Of a DNA stretch of 64,000 nt, positions 27,740 through 35,374 are shown piece after piece. Source of the stretch: an uncultured Lachnospiraceae bacterium (GTDB taxonomy: Bacteria > Bacillota > Clostridia > UBA1381); the NCBI GenBank assembly GCA_964388835.1, contig CAYMBZ010000003.1, forward strand, positions 880 to 64,879. Direction: 5' to 3'. The translations under genes and the position numbers were made by a program. Position 1 is the stretch's first letter. The number at the start of each line of letters is the position of its first letter. Below the pieces are notes generated by a model. The model was given only the letters and a program-made list of their open reading frames with translations. It ran no database searches and was not told where the DNA came from.

Positions 27740-30307
27740 TTGATAAAAAGAATATTGACGGTAGCGTTAATACTGTTTTCCTGTGCAGGAAGAGCATTTG
27801 CCGCAGATTATTCCGAAGAAAAAACAGCTGTCGAATTCCTAAGAGTTTTGGGAATATTCGACGAGATTGAAGAGGAAGAGTATAATAATCAAATTACGCG
27901 CGAGGATTTTGCGTACTATCTTGCAAAGGCAAACCGCATGGACGGAAGCAGTGAGTACAGATATTACAAGGATATCCAATCGGACAGCTACGCATTTGGC
28001 TATATCAGCGATTTGGCGGAAAACGGGATAATATCTGTTCCCGAGAATGAAACGTTCAGACCGCTGGAATACATAACGGTGAATGAAGCGGCAAAAATGC
28101 TGATTTCCACGTTGGGGTATGACCAATTTGCAATGGCAAACGGCGGATGGCCAAACGGATATTGCACAACAGCCGAGGACTTGGATATTGACCTCGGAAA
28201 GGGAACTGATGTAACCTACGGCGAGGCGGCAAAAATGATATATGATTGCTTGCAGTGTCCGGTTGCGAAAATCAACGGAGGAAAGCACAACCTGCTTACT
28301 TATGTAAGGGGAGATGAAACTTTTCTTGAACGTATGTACGATATCAAAGTGGGCGAGGGGGTTGTAACCGATACCTCATACGGAAGTATCATAAATGATG
28401 TACCTTGTGAAAAAGGCAGAATTATTATCTCGGGTGCTGTGTATTCGTTGGACGAAAATGTGGATGTAAAGCAGTTTTTGGGAGTTAATTCAAAATATTT
28501 TTACAACGCGGACGGTGAGGACGAAAGCATAATTTTCATATGTAACAAAAAACAAAAGGTTACGGATAAGGTTATAAATATTCGCGATTTTGTGAAATAC
28601 GCAAATAATATGATTACTTATGAAGAAAACGGCAGAGTAAGAAGCGTAAAGCTTTCGGAACACAAGATAATTTATAATGGTGTCCCGTTGACGGCACGGG
28701 TAAATGAGACTATGAGCAAGCTTAACAAGGGTGAAATTGTTTTGCGCAGCACAAGTGCAAACTCGGATTACGACCTTGTTATGGTGACCGACTATATGAA
28801 CTTGTATGTAGGCTCAATTGACCCGGACAGCCTTTCACTTTACAGCGGACTTAATGACGGAAAGAGTGTCAATTTAAAAAATTGCGACAATCTGACTGTA
28901 ATAAGAAACAACGTTGAAGCGGAATTTAAAAATATCACTTACGGAATGTCGCTTTCGGTTGCAATATCGCAGAATAATAAGGTATGCGAAATTAATATAA
29001 ACACATCGAGCGCGACGGGTATTTTGTCAAAAACAGATGACGAAGGCGTTACCGTAGACGGAAAATACTACAGAGCAGACAAGAGTTATCTCAGTGAAAT
29101 TCGAAGAATGAACTGCTTGGGTCTTAAGGTTGAGTGCATTTTGGATAAATTCGGAAATGTTTGCTACATAACCGACAATTCCGAAAAATGGACACTTGCT
29201 TATTTGATTAAAACAGTGAATGATGAGGATGAAGATACCGTTAAAATTAAGGTAATCACAGAGGATAATCTGCTTACGGTTCTCGGTTTTGCAAAGAATG
29301 TCAAGATAGACGGGGCGAGAATTAAAAAGGATAATCCGGACAAAATCAATGCGGCACTTGAGCTTATGCCGCAGAAAAAGCTTTTGCAGTACAAGCTCAA
29401 CAATAACGGCGAAATTGCCGAGATGGATACACTTTATGTGGGCGAGAATGAGGATGAAGAACATTCTCTGGTGCCGGGATTCAGTGAGGTCAAATCGAGA
29501 TTTTACATGGCGGACGGTGTCGAAAGATATGGTCATACCGCATACTTTACATCAAACACAGTAACATTTTACATTCCGACTGACGGGGATGCAAATAAAT
29601 ATGTGGCAAAAAGGGGAGCACTGTCTCTCGGCGGAAACGTTATGGCAACAATCGAGTGTTACTATTCCGGAAAGGATAGGTCACATATTAATGCGGCGGT
29701 AAGAACCAGAGAGGCGGCGGCTTCGGATTCATATTCAGTAATGATGGTAAACAGCGTAACCCAAGGGCTTGACGAGGATGATGAATGTGTTTATAAGCTT
29801 GAGGGATATTCCGGAGCAACAAAAGTTACCTATGATGTAGACACATCATTTACTCAGCTTAACGGTTTAAATCGCGGTGATATGGTTGTTATCAAGAAGG
29901 ATAATGTCGGAGTGGATATCTTTGATGTTATAAAGCTGTACGATGCAAAAACAGATACGGCAACAAATTTTGAGGTAACAGACCCTATCTATATTTATGA
30001 ATCAACCGGAAGTGCTAATATCGAAGTGGGAAATTATTGCAGAGGCTATAATATCCTGTTCGGATATGCGCTGAGAAAATTTGATACCGGCTTGATTGCT
30101 GTGGGAAAGGATTCGGTATCGAGCGAAGCGGACAGATTAATAATGGATAAAAGGCAGTGCGTGATTTATGATTTCGATAATGATGAAATTACAATCGGTG
30201 ATTATAATGAAATTCAGGATGCAAGGACAGTGGGCGGAGATTGCTCACGAGTAATGTATTACCTGCATTGGGATGACGTACAGACGTGCTATGTATTTAA
30301 CCGATGA
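27740..30307 (+). CDS. N-terminally SLH-anchored large surface protein, tandem paralog (855 aa)
   Basis: TTG start and signal peptide MIKRILTVALILFSCAGRAFA. SLH-like repeats are present (ITREDFAYYLAKA, YKDIQSDSYAFGYISDLAENGIISVPENETFRP). It is collinear with the preceding gene (GGWPNGYCTTAEDLDI versus GGYPSGYANIAHDLDI). Confidence 0.65.
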   Translation: MIKRILTVALILFSCAGRAFAADYSEEKTAVEFLRVLGIFDEIEEEEYNNQITREDFAYYLAKANRMDGSSEYRYYKDIQSDSYAFGYISDLAENGIISVPENETFRPLEYITVNEAAKMLISTLGYDQFAMANGGWPNGYCTTAEDLDIDLGKGTDVTYGEAAKMIYDCLQCPVAKINGGKHNLLTYVRGDETFLERMYDIKVGEGVVTDTSYGSIINDVPCEKGRIIISGAVYSLDENVDVKQFLGVNSKYFYNADGEDESIIFICNKKQKVTDKVINIRDFVKYANNMITYEENGRVRSVKLSEHKIIYNGVPLTARVNETMSKLNKGEIVLRSTSANSDYDLVMVTDYMNLYVGSIDPDSLSLYSGLNDGKSVNLKNCDNLTVIRNNVEAEFKNITYGMSLSVAISQNNKVCEININTSSATGILSKTDDEGVTVDGKYYRADKSYLSEIRRMNCLGLKVECILDKFGNVCYITDNSEKWTLAYLIKTVNDEDEDTVKIKVITEDNLLTVLGFAKNVKIDGARIKKDNPDKINAALELMPQKKLLQYKLNNNGEIAEMDTLYVGENEDEEHSLVPGFSEVKSRFYMADGVERYGHTAYFTSNTVTFYIPTDGDANKYVAKRGALSLGGNVMATIECYYSGKDRSHINAAVRTREAAASDSYSVMMVNSVTQGLDEDDECVYKLEGYSGATKVTYDVDTSFTQLNGLNRGDMVVIKKDNVGVDIFDVIKLYDAKTDTATNFEVTDPIYIYESTGSANIEVGNYCRGYNILFGYALRKFDTGLIAVGKDSVSSEADRLIMDKRQCVIYDFDNDEITIGDYNEIQDARTVGGDCSRVMYYLHWDDVQTCYVFNR

Positions 30308-30313
30308 AGTCTA

Positions 30314-30344
30314 TGTGCAAAACGGAGTGATTCCGTTTTGCACA
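30314..30344 (+). terminator. perfect 12-bp hairpin between the surface-protein genes and the cytoplasmic hydrolase gene
   Basis: TGTGCAAAACGG (30314-30325) pairs with CCGTTTTGCACA (30333-30344). There is no immediate T tract (CTGCTTATTT). Confidence 0.4.
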
Positions 30345-30386
30345 CTGCTTATTTAGAAAGAAAATAATAAAACGGAGAGATAAACT

Positions 30387-31994
30387 ATGAAAAAACACAA
30401 AATGCCGGAAAAGCTTGTGAGTTTTGAAAATATTGAAAAAGCAGAAGAATTGTTTAATGAAAAACCGCTTCAGGCAGATTTTTGTCATGACAACTGCGTT
30501 AAAATAAAGCAGGGCGGGTATATTTTATTGGATTTCGGATGTGAACTTCGGGGAGGAATAGCAATTTGCACTCAGCTTACATCAAACGCACCGTTTTGTG
30601 CAACTGTGAGAGTGGTGTTCGGAGAAAGTATCTCAGAGGCAATGAGCAAAATAGGTGAAAAACAGGCGGGAAATTACCATGCCGCAAGAGATATGACGGT
30701 GGAAATTCCGTCCATGTCAACAACAAGAGTAGGCTCAACCGGCTTCAGATTTGTTAAGATTGAGGCAATCAAAGAAGACATAAATATAAAAACCGTTCAA
30801 GCGGAAACGGAAATTAAGGAACTTGAATACAAGGGCTCGTTTGAATGTAACGATGAGCTTTTAAATAGAATTTGGAAAACCGGCGCATATACCGTACAGC
30901 TTAATATGGGCGAATACGTGTGGGACGGTGTAAAGCGTGACAGGTTGGTATGGATAGGTGACATGCACCCCGAGACATCGACAATAACATCGGTTTTCGG
31001 TTATGATGACAGCGTTCCGAAAAGTCTTGACCTGATAAAAAGAATAACGCCACAAGATAAATGGATGAACGGAATTGCCACTTATAGCATGTGGTGGATA
31101 ATAAATCATTATGATTGGTATATGCAGCAGGGCGATAAAGAGTATTTAAAGGAACAGGTTGCGTATATTTCCAACATGATTGACCATGCGGCAGAATGGG
31201 TTGACGGTGGCTATACCGTTCATGAGGATATGGAAAACTTTGTGGATTGGAGCAGTAAGGGTACCGAAAGTGAAATAGAGGGCTTAAAATCCGTAGTTTG
31301 TCTCGGATTTAGCGCTGCCGAGAAAATCTTTGACATTTTCGGTATGAGCGACCGCGCCGCGTTTGCAAAGCGGTATGTTGATATGCTGAAAAATGATATT
31401 TCGGATATTCGAGTAAACAAGCGCGTGGCGGGACTTAACATTTTGGCGGACAGAAATATTGATATATCGAGAGAAGTACTTTCGGGAAATTCTGCGGAAG
31501 AAATGTCTTGCTTTATGGGATATTATGTTCTTTTGGCAAAGGCTAAGCTGAATGATACACAAGCCGCAATGGACATAATTCGAAAATATTGGGGTGGCAT
31601 GCTGAAAATGGGTGCCACAACATTTTGGGAGGATTTCGATATTGCATGGATGGAAAATTCCTATCGGATAGACGAGCTTCCGAAAGAGGAAATGAGAGAT
31701 ATTCACGGTGATTTCGGAAAGTTCTGTTATACGCAGTTCAGACACAGCCTTTGCCATGGCTGGGCAAGCGGACCTACCGCATTTATGTCAAAGCATATTT
31801 TGGGTGTGGAAATTATGGAAGCAGGCTGTAAAAAGATAAGGATTGTGCCTGATTTGGGAGACTTGCAGTGGGTACGCGGAAGCTATCCGACACCTTTCGG
31901 CACGATTTTCATTGAACACAAGAGGGAAAATGGAAAAATTGTTACTTCGTATAAGGCACCAAAGGAGATAGAAGTGGTGATTGAGCAGCACTGA
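30387..31994 (+). CDS. cytoplasmic six-hairpin glycosidase, GH78 (alpha-L-rhamnosidase)-like (535 aa)
   Basis: No signal peptide. KRDRLVWIGDMHPE resembles the GH78 RDERLGWTGD motif. FWEDFD and SLCHGWASGPTAFMSKHILGV resemble the C-terminal (alpha/alpha)6 region of bacterial rhamnosidases. Confidence 0.55.
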   Translation: MKKHKMPEKLVSFENIEKAEELFNEKPLQADFCHDNCVKIKQGGYILLDFGCELRGGIAICTQLTSNAPFCATVRVVFGESISEAMSKIGEKQAGNYHAARDMTVEIPSMSTTRVGSTGFRFVKIEAIKEDINIKTVQAETEIKELEYKGSFECNDELLNRIWKTGAYTVQLNMGEYVWDGVKRDRLVWIGDMHPETSTITSVFGYDDSVPKSLDLIKRITPQDKWMNGIATYSMWWIINHYDWYMQQGDKEYLKEQVAYISNMIDHAAEWVDGGYTVHEDMENFVDWSSKGTESEIEGLKSVVCLGFSAAEKIFDIFGMSDRAAFAKRYVDMLKNDISDIRVNKRVAGLNILADRNIDISREVLSGNSAEEMSCFMGYYVLLAKAKLNDTQAAMDIIRKYWGGMLKMGATTFWEDFDIAWMENSYRIDELPKEEMRDIHGDFGKFCYTQFRHSLCHGWASGPTAFMSKHILGVEIMEAGCKKIRIVPDLGDLQWVRGSYPTPFGTIFIEHKRENGKIVTSYKAPKEIEVVIEQH

Positions 31995-31998
31995 TTTT

Positions 31999-32073
31999 GG
32001 TGAGGCGTTAGAACGATTGCAATCGGAATTGAAGCACAAGCCGGTTAAGGGAATAGGTATAAAAGAAAAATAA
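31999..32073 (+). repeat. 75-nt gene-tail relic, copy B (GEALERLQSELKHKPVKGIGIKEK*)
   Basis: Matches 6034-6108. It begins 5 nt after the GH78-like stop, in a different frame, and TGA at 31978-31980 closes that frame upstream. Confidence 0.8.
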
Positions 32074-32085
32074 GCATCATAAATG

Positions 32086-32138
32086 AGCCTGAGAACGTAT
32101 TAAAAAGCAATTGCTTTTGAGCGCTCTCGGCTTTTTTT
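32086..32138 (+). terminator. compound hairpin terminator ending the locus 1 operon
   Basis: An outer imperfect stem, AGCC(T)GAGA with TCTCGGCT, encloses the palindrome AAAAGCAATTGCTTTT and is followed by T7 (32132-32138). Confidence 0.6.
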
Positions 32139-32340
32139 GTTGCAATAAGCACAGCCGGATGTTATAATGATTTCAAACAAAGCTGGAAATCAATGAACTG
32201 CCTATGGCAAGAATTGAAATCGGAGATTTCATGAATTGAGCCTGCGGCTCGTGAATTGCACTTCGTGCTGTTTGCGGCAACTAATGCGTTCACTGATTTT
32301 ATAATATAAATATTCTGCAATATACAAAAAAGGTGAAAAT

Positions 32341-32628
32341 ATGAATTTATATGAAATTAATTTTGAAAACGGAAGTACCTATTGGAATTTTTATGAAGCA
32401 TTTGTAAACGGATTGTGTTTTCCGAATTGGTGCGGTAAAAATCCGGATGCAATATAGGATATGCTGACGACAAATATTAAAACACCCGCAACTATTTCAA
32501 TTAAAAACATTAACGGTATATCGGGGGTGCCGGAGGAAGAAAAGAACATTATCTTCGACATCTTTAAAACAACCGAAAATTGGTACAATAAAATAAATAA
32601 ATCCGTTAAAATTATTTTTAAAGATTGA
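32341..32628 (+). pseudogene. barstar-family (RNase inhibitor/immunity) gene with an in-frame TAG at the conserved Trp codon
   Basis: The translation reads MNLYEINFENGSTYWNFYEAFVNGLCFPNWCGKNPDAI*DMLTTNIKTPATISIKNINGI... It aligns by eye with the barstar core LPEYYGENLDALWDCLTG. TAG at 32455-32457 replaces the expected TGG. An RBS AAAGGTG precedes the ATG. Confidence 0.6.
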
Positions 32629-32653
32629 CAATTAATGGCTAAAATGTTACACT
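32625..32653 (+). promoter_or_regulatory. candidate promoter for the 32753 hydrolase gene
   Basis: TTGACA (32625-32630), 17-nt spacer ending in TGT (extended -10), then TACACT (32648-32653). Confidence 0.4.
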
Positions 32654-32752
32654 TAGTATGTGCTTGACCGCAGCAAAAATCAATACAATTCGTATTAATA
32701 TGCTGTTTTTGGGCACGTATTATTTGATGAGGCGAAAGGACAGGTTAAAATT

Positions 32753-35284
32753 ATGGACAACAGATTGATTGAAAATTTAAGCGGTGCGTGTCACAATTAC
32801 ATAGCGCCGTTTTTGTGGCTTCACAATGAGGCTGACAAATATATAGTGCAGGAAATTGACAGAATATACAACTGCGGTATCCGCTCGGTGTGCCTTGAAT
32901 CAAGAACACATGAGGAGTTTTGCCGCGAAGATTGGTGGTCTGACGTACAGCTGATTTTTGGCGAATGTAAAAAACGCAGAATGAATGTATGGATTTTGGA
33001 TGATAAGCATTTTCCATCAGGCTACGCGAACGGCATATTTGCCGAAAAACGCAAGGATTTGCAGGCTTTCGGCATAACCGAACATCATATTGACGTTGCG
33101 GGACCTATTAAGGACGGATCTGCAATGGCGGAAATTCATTTGACGTCGGATGAAGATGAATTTGTTGCGGTAGTTGCGATGAAGCATATACCGGGTTCGG
33201 AACGCTATAGCGAAGTGATTGACATAACCGACGGTTTGTCCGACGGAATGGTGTATTTTGATTTGCCGGAGGGCGTGTGGAGAATTGCATTTTTGATAAA
33301 GACAAAGTCGGGGAAAAACGAATGGAGTCTTGATTTCTGCGATATGCTGAGCAGTGAGGCAACAGATTTGTTTATCGAAGAGGTTTACGAGGCGCATTAC
33401 AAGCATTTTGCTGAGTATTTCGGCAATACTTTCCTCGGATTTTTCTCGGATGAACCGAGCTTTTTGAACAATACCGCAGCAAGTGACGGTTTTCAAACAA
33501 ACATGGGCGAGATGTTCTCGCATTATCCGTGGCACGATAATTTAAAGAATATTTTTGCGCAAAAGCCGGAAAGACTTGCGGGTCTTTGGTTTGACATAGA
33601 CGGAGTGTCTGAGGCGACAAGATATGAATACATGGACACTATCACCAAAGAATATCAAAAGAACTTTGCGGACAAAATCGGAGATTGGTGCCGCAAACAT
33701 GGAATTATGTATATCGGGCACGTGATTGAGGACAATAATACTCACATGTCAACAGGTAACGGAGCGGGACACTATTTCAGAGCATTAAACGGTCAAGATA
33801 TGTCGGGAGTGGATGTTGTGCTTCACCAGATTGTTCCGGGGCTTACCGAGTGTGCAAGCGCGGGATACGTGTGCTACAAGCATATGAACAACAAATTCTT
33901 CAACTATTATCTTGCAAAACTGGGTTCATCGGCAGCACATATCGACCCGAAGAAAAAGGGACGTGCAATGTGCGAAATTTTCGGCGCATACGGCTGGGCA
34001 GAGGGAACAAAGATGATGAAATATCTTATGGACCACATGCTTGTGCGCGGTATTAATTATTTCGTGCCGCATGCCTTTTCACCGAAACCAAACGATACCG
34101 ATTGTCCGCCAAACTTCTATGATACCGGCAGAAATCCGCAGTACAAATTTTTCGGAAATAACATGAATTATTTGAATAACACCGCTCATATGCTCTCGGG
34201 CGGCATACATGTGCCAACTTGTGCAATTTTATATGATGCGGAGAATAATTGGACAGGTGAGAGAATAATGCCTCTTGAGGCGGTCGCAAAGGAGCTTTAC
34301 GACGGACTTTACGATTATGATATAATTCCTGCGGACTATCTTGATAAAATCAAGGACAGCACGCTGAACGGCGAAAAATACAATGTACTTTTCGTACCCT
34401 ATTCCGATACAATGCCAAATGGGGTAAAAAACGCTTTAAAAAATGCGGATGTCAAGGTGGTTGCCGTTTCTCCGGACGGGGATTGCGAAGAGTTTGCCGG
34501 TGTGCGATTGGATGAAATTTGCGGATATATGGCGAAAAACGGCTTTGCGGATGTGAAGAGCGATTACAGCGGAAGCAGTCTCAGATATTATCACTATAAA
34601 AGAGATAATGCGGATATTTATATGTTCGTTAATGAGGATATACACAACACAATCGATACAAAACTCAGCATTTCAGCCTTTAGCGGCGGTGAATATGTTG
34701 AATATGACAGCTTTGAGAATAAAGCAGTGGTTAAGAGTGCCGAGGCTGATAATGTGAGAATTTCTCTTCCGCCCTATCATTCGCTGCTTCTGGTGTTCGG
34801 TGATGTGAACACAGATAGCATAGAAAGATATTCAGAAAGCGGTTACGGCGCTCTGACAGAAATTAAGCCGGAATTTAAAATCAGCCTTGCAGAGCGCAAT
34901 GCGGAGAATTTTGAGGAATATCGAACAACGGATAAACTGTTTAATGTGACAGGCAGGGGCGAAAAGCCGCATTTTTCGGGTCATATCAAATATGAAGCGG
35001 AAATCGAACTTGAAACTGAGGATATTGTCCTTGATTTGGGATATGTGGGCGAAGTTGCTGAGCTGTATGTAAACGGAAGAAAAATCGGCGAAAAACAAAT
35101 TCCGCCATATCGCTTCGACATACCGGCGGAAGCACTTTGCGGAAAAAACGAGCTGACAGTTGTTGTGTCCAATCATAACGGTTATGCAGTTCGCGATATG
35201 TTCTCGCAGTATTTGATGTTTGAGCCGTCGGGACTTTTGGGACCGATTACTCTTCAAAAAAAAGAAAATAAACAAAAAAGATAA
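32753..35284 (+). CDS. cytoplasmic glycoside hydrolase with C-terminal GH2-type jelly-roll; GH106 (alpha-L-rhamnosidase)-like by motif (843 aa)
   Basis: No signal peptide. The N-terminus reads IAPFLWLHNE...GIRSVCLESR...MNVWILDDKHFPSGYANG, resembling the GH106 family opening. The C-terminus reads LDLGYVGEVAELYVNGRKIGEKQIPPYRFDIPAEALCGKNELTVVV, typical of the sugar-binding jelly-roll. Confidence 0.5.
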   Translation: MDNRLIENLSGACHNYIAPFLWLHNEADKYIVQEIDRIYNCGIRSVCLESRTHEEFCREDWWSDVQLIFGECKKRRMNVWILDDKHFPSGYANGIFAEKRKDLQAFGITEHHIDVAGPIKDGSAMAEIHLTSDEDEFVAVVAMKHIPGSERYSEVIDITDGLSDGMVYFDLPEGVWRIAFLIKTKSGKNEWSLDFCDMLSSEATDLFIEEVYEAHYKHFAEYFGNTFLGFFSDEPSFLNNTAASDGFQTNMGEMFSHYPWHDNLKNIFAQKPERLAGLWFDIDGVSEATRYEYMDTITKEYQKNFADKIGDWCRKHGIMYIGHVIEDNNTHMSTGNGAGHYFRALNGQDMSGVDVVLHQIVPGLTECASAGYVCYKHMNNKFFNYYLAKLGSSAAHIDPKKKGRAMCEIFGAYGWAEGTKMMKYLMDHMLVRGINYFVPHAFSPKPNDTDCPPNFYDTGRNPQYKFFGNNMNYLNNTAHMLSGGIHVPTCAILYDAENNWTGERIMPLEAVAKELYDGLYDYDIIPADYLDKIKDSTLNGEKYNVLFVPYSDTMPNGVKNALKNADVKVVAVSPDGDCEEFAGVRLDEICGYMAKNGFADVKSDYSGSSLRYYHYKRDNADIYMFVNEDIHNTIDTKLSISAFSGGEYVEYDSFENKAVVKSAEADNVRISLPPYHSLLLVFGDVNTDSIERYSESGYGALTEIKPEFKISLAERNAENFEEYRTTDKLFNVTGRGEKPHFSGHIKYEAEIELETEDIVLDLGYVGEVAELYVNGRKIGEKQIPPYRFDIPAEALCGKNELTVVVSNHNGYAVRDMFSQYLMFEPSGLLGPITLQKKENKQKR

Positions 35285-35374
35285 ATTAAAAATGAACCGC
35301 TTCCAAATTGTCGGATTGTTAGTCTGACATGAGGGCGGCTCATTTTTTTGTATGTAGGATTTTAAATCCATTTT

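Noticed and set aside
6034-32073. Interpreting the two 75-nt relics as attL/attR of an integrative element that carries locus 1.
   Set aside because: No integrase, excisionase, transposase or conjugation gene is recognisable between or next to them. The copies differ at 7 positions rather than being identical, and neither is joined to an intact target gene. The observation is kept only as a recombination footprint.
31981-32073. A TTG-initiated 30-codon small ORF (LSSTDFGEALERLQ...) overlapping the end of the GH78-like gene.
   Set aside because: The nearest SD-like sequence is about 13 nt away. Copy A of the same sequence has no possible start codon and an upstream in-frame stop. The conservation is therefore better explained as a relic than as a live micro-protein.
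32455-32457. The possibility that the TAG in the barstar-like gene is decoded (pyrrolysine or suppressor).
   Set aside because: No pyl genes or suppressor tRNA occur in the window. The codon replaces a conserved Trp by a single G-to-A change, which is the simplest reading as a nonsense mutation or sequencing error.
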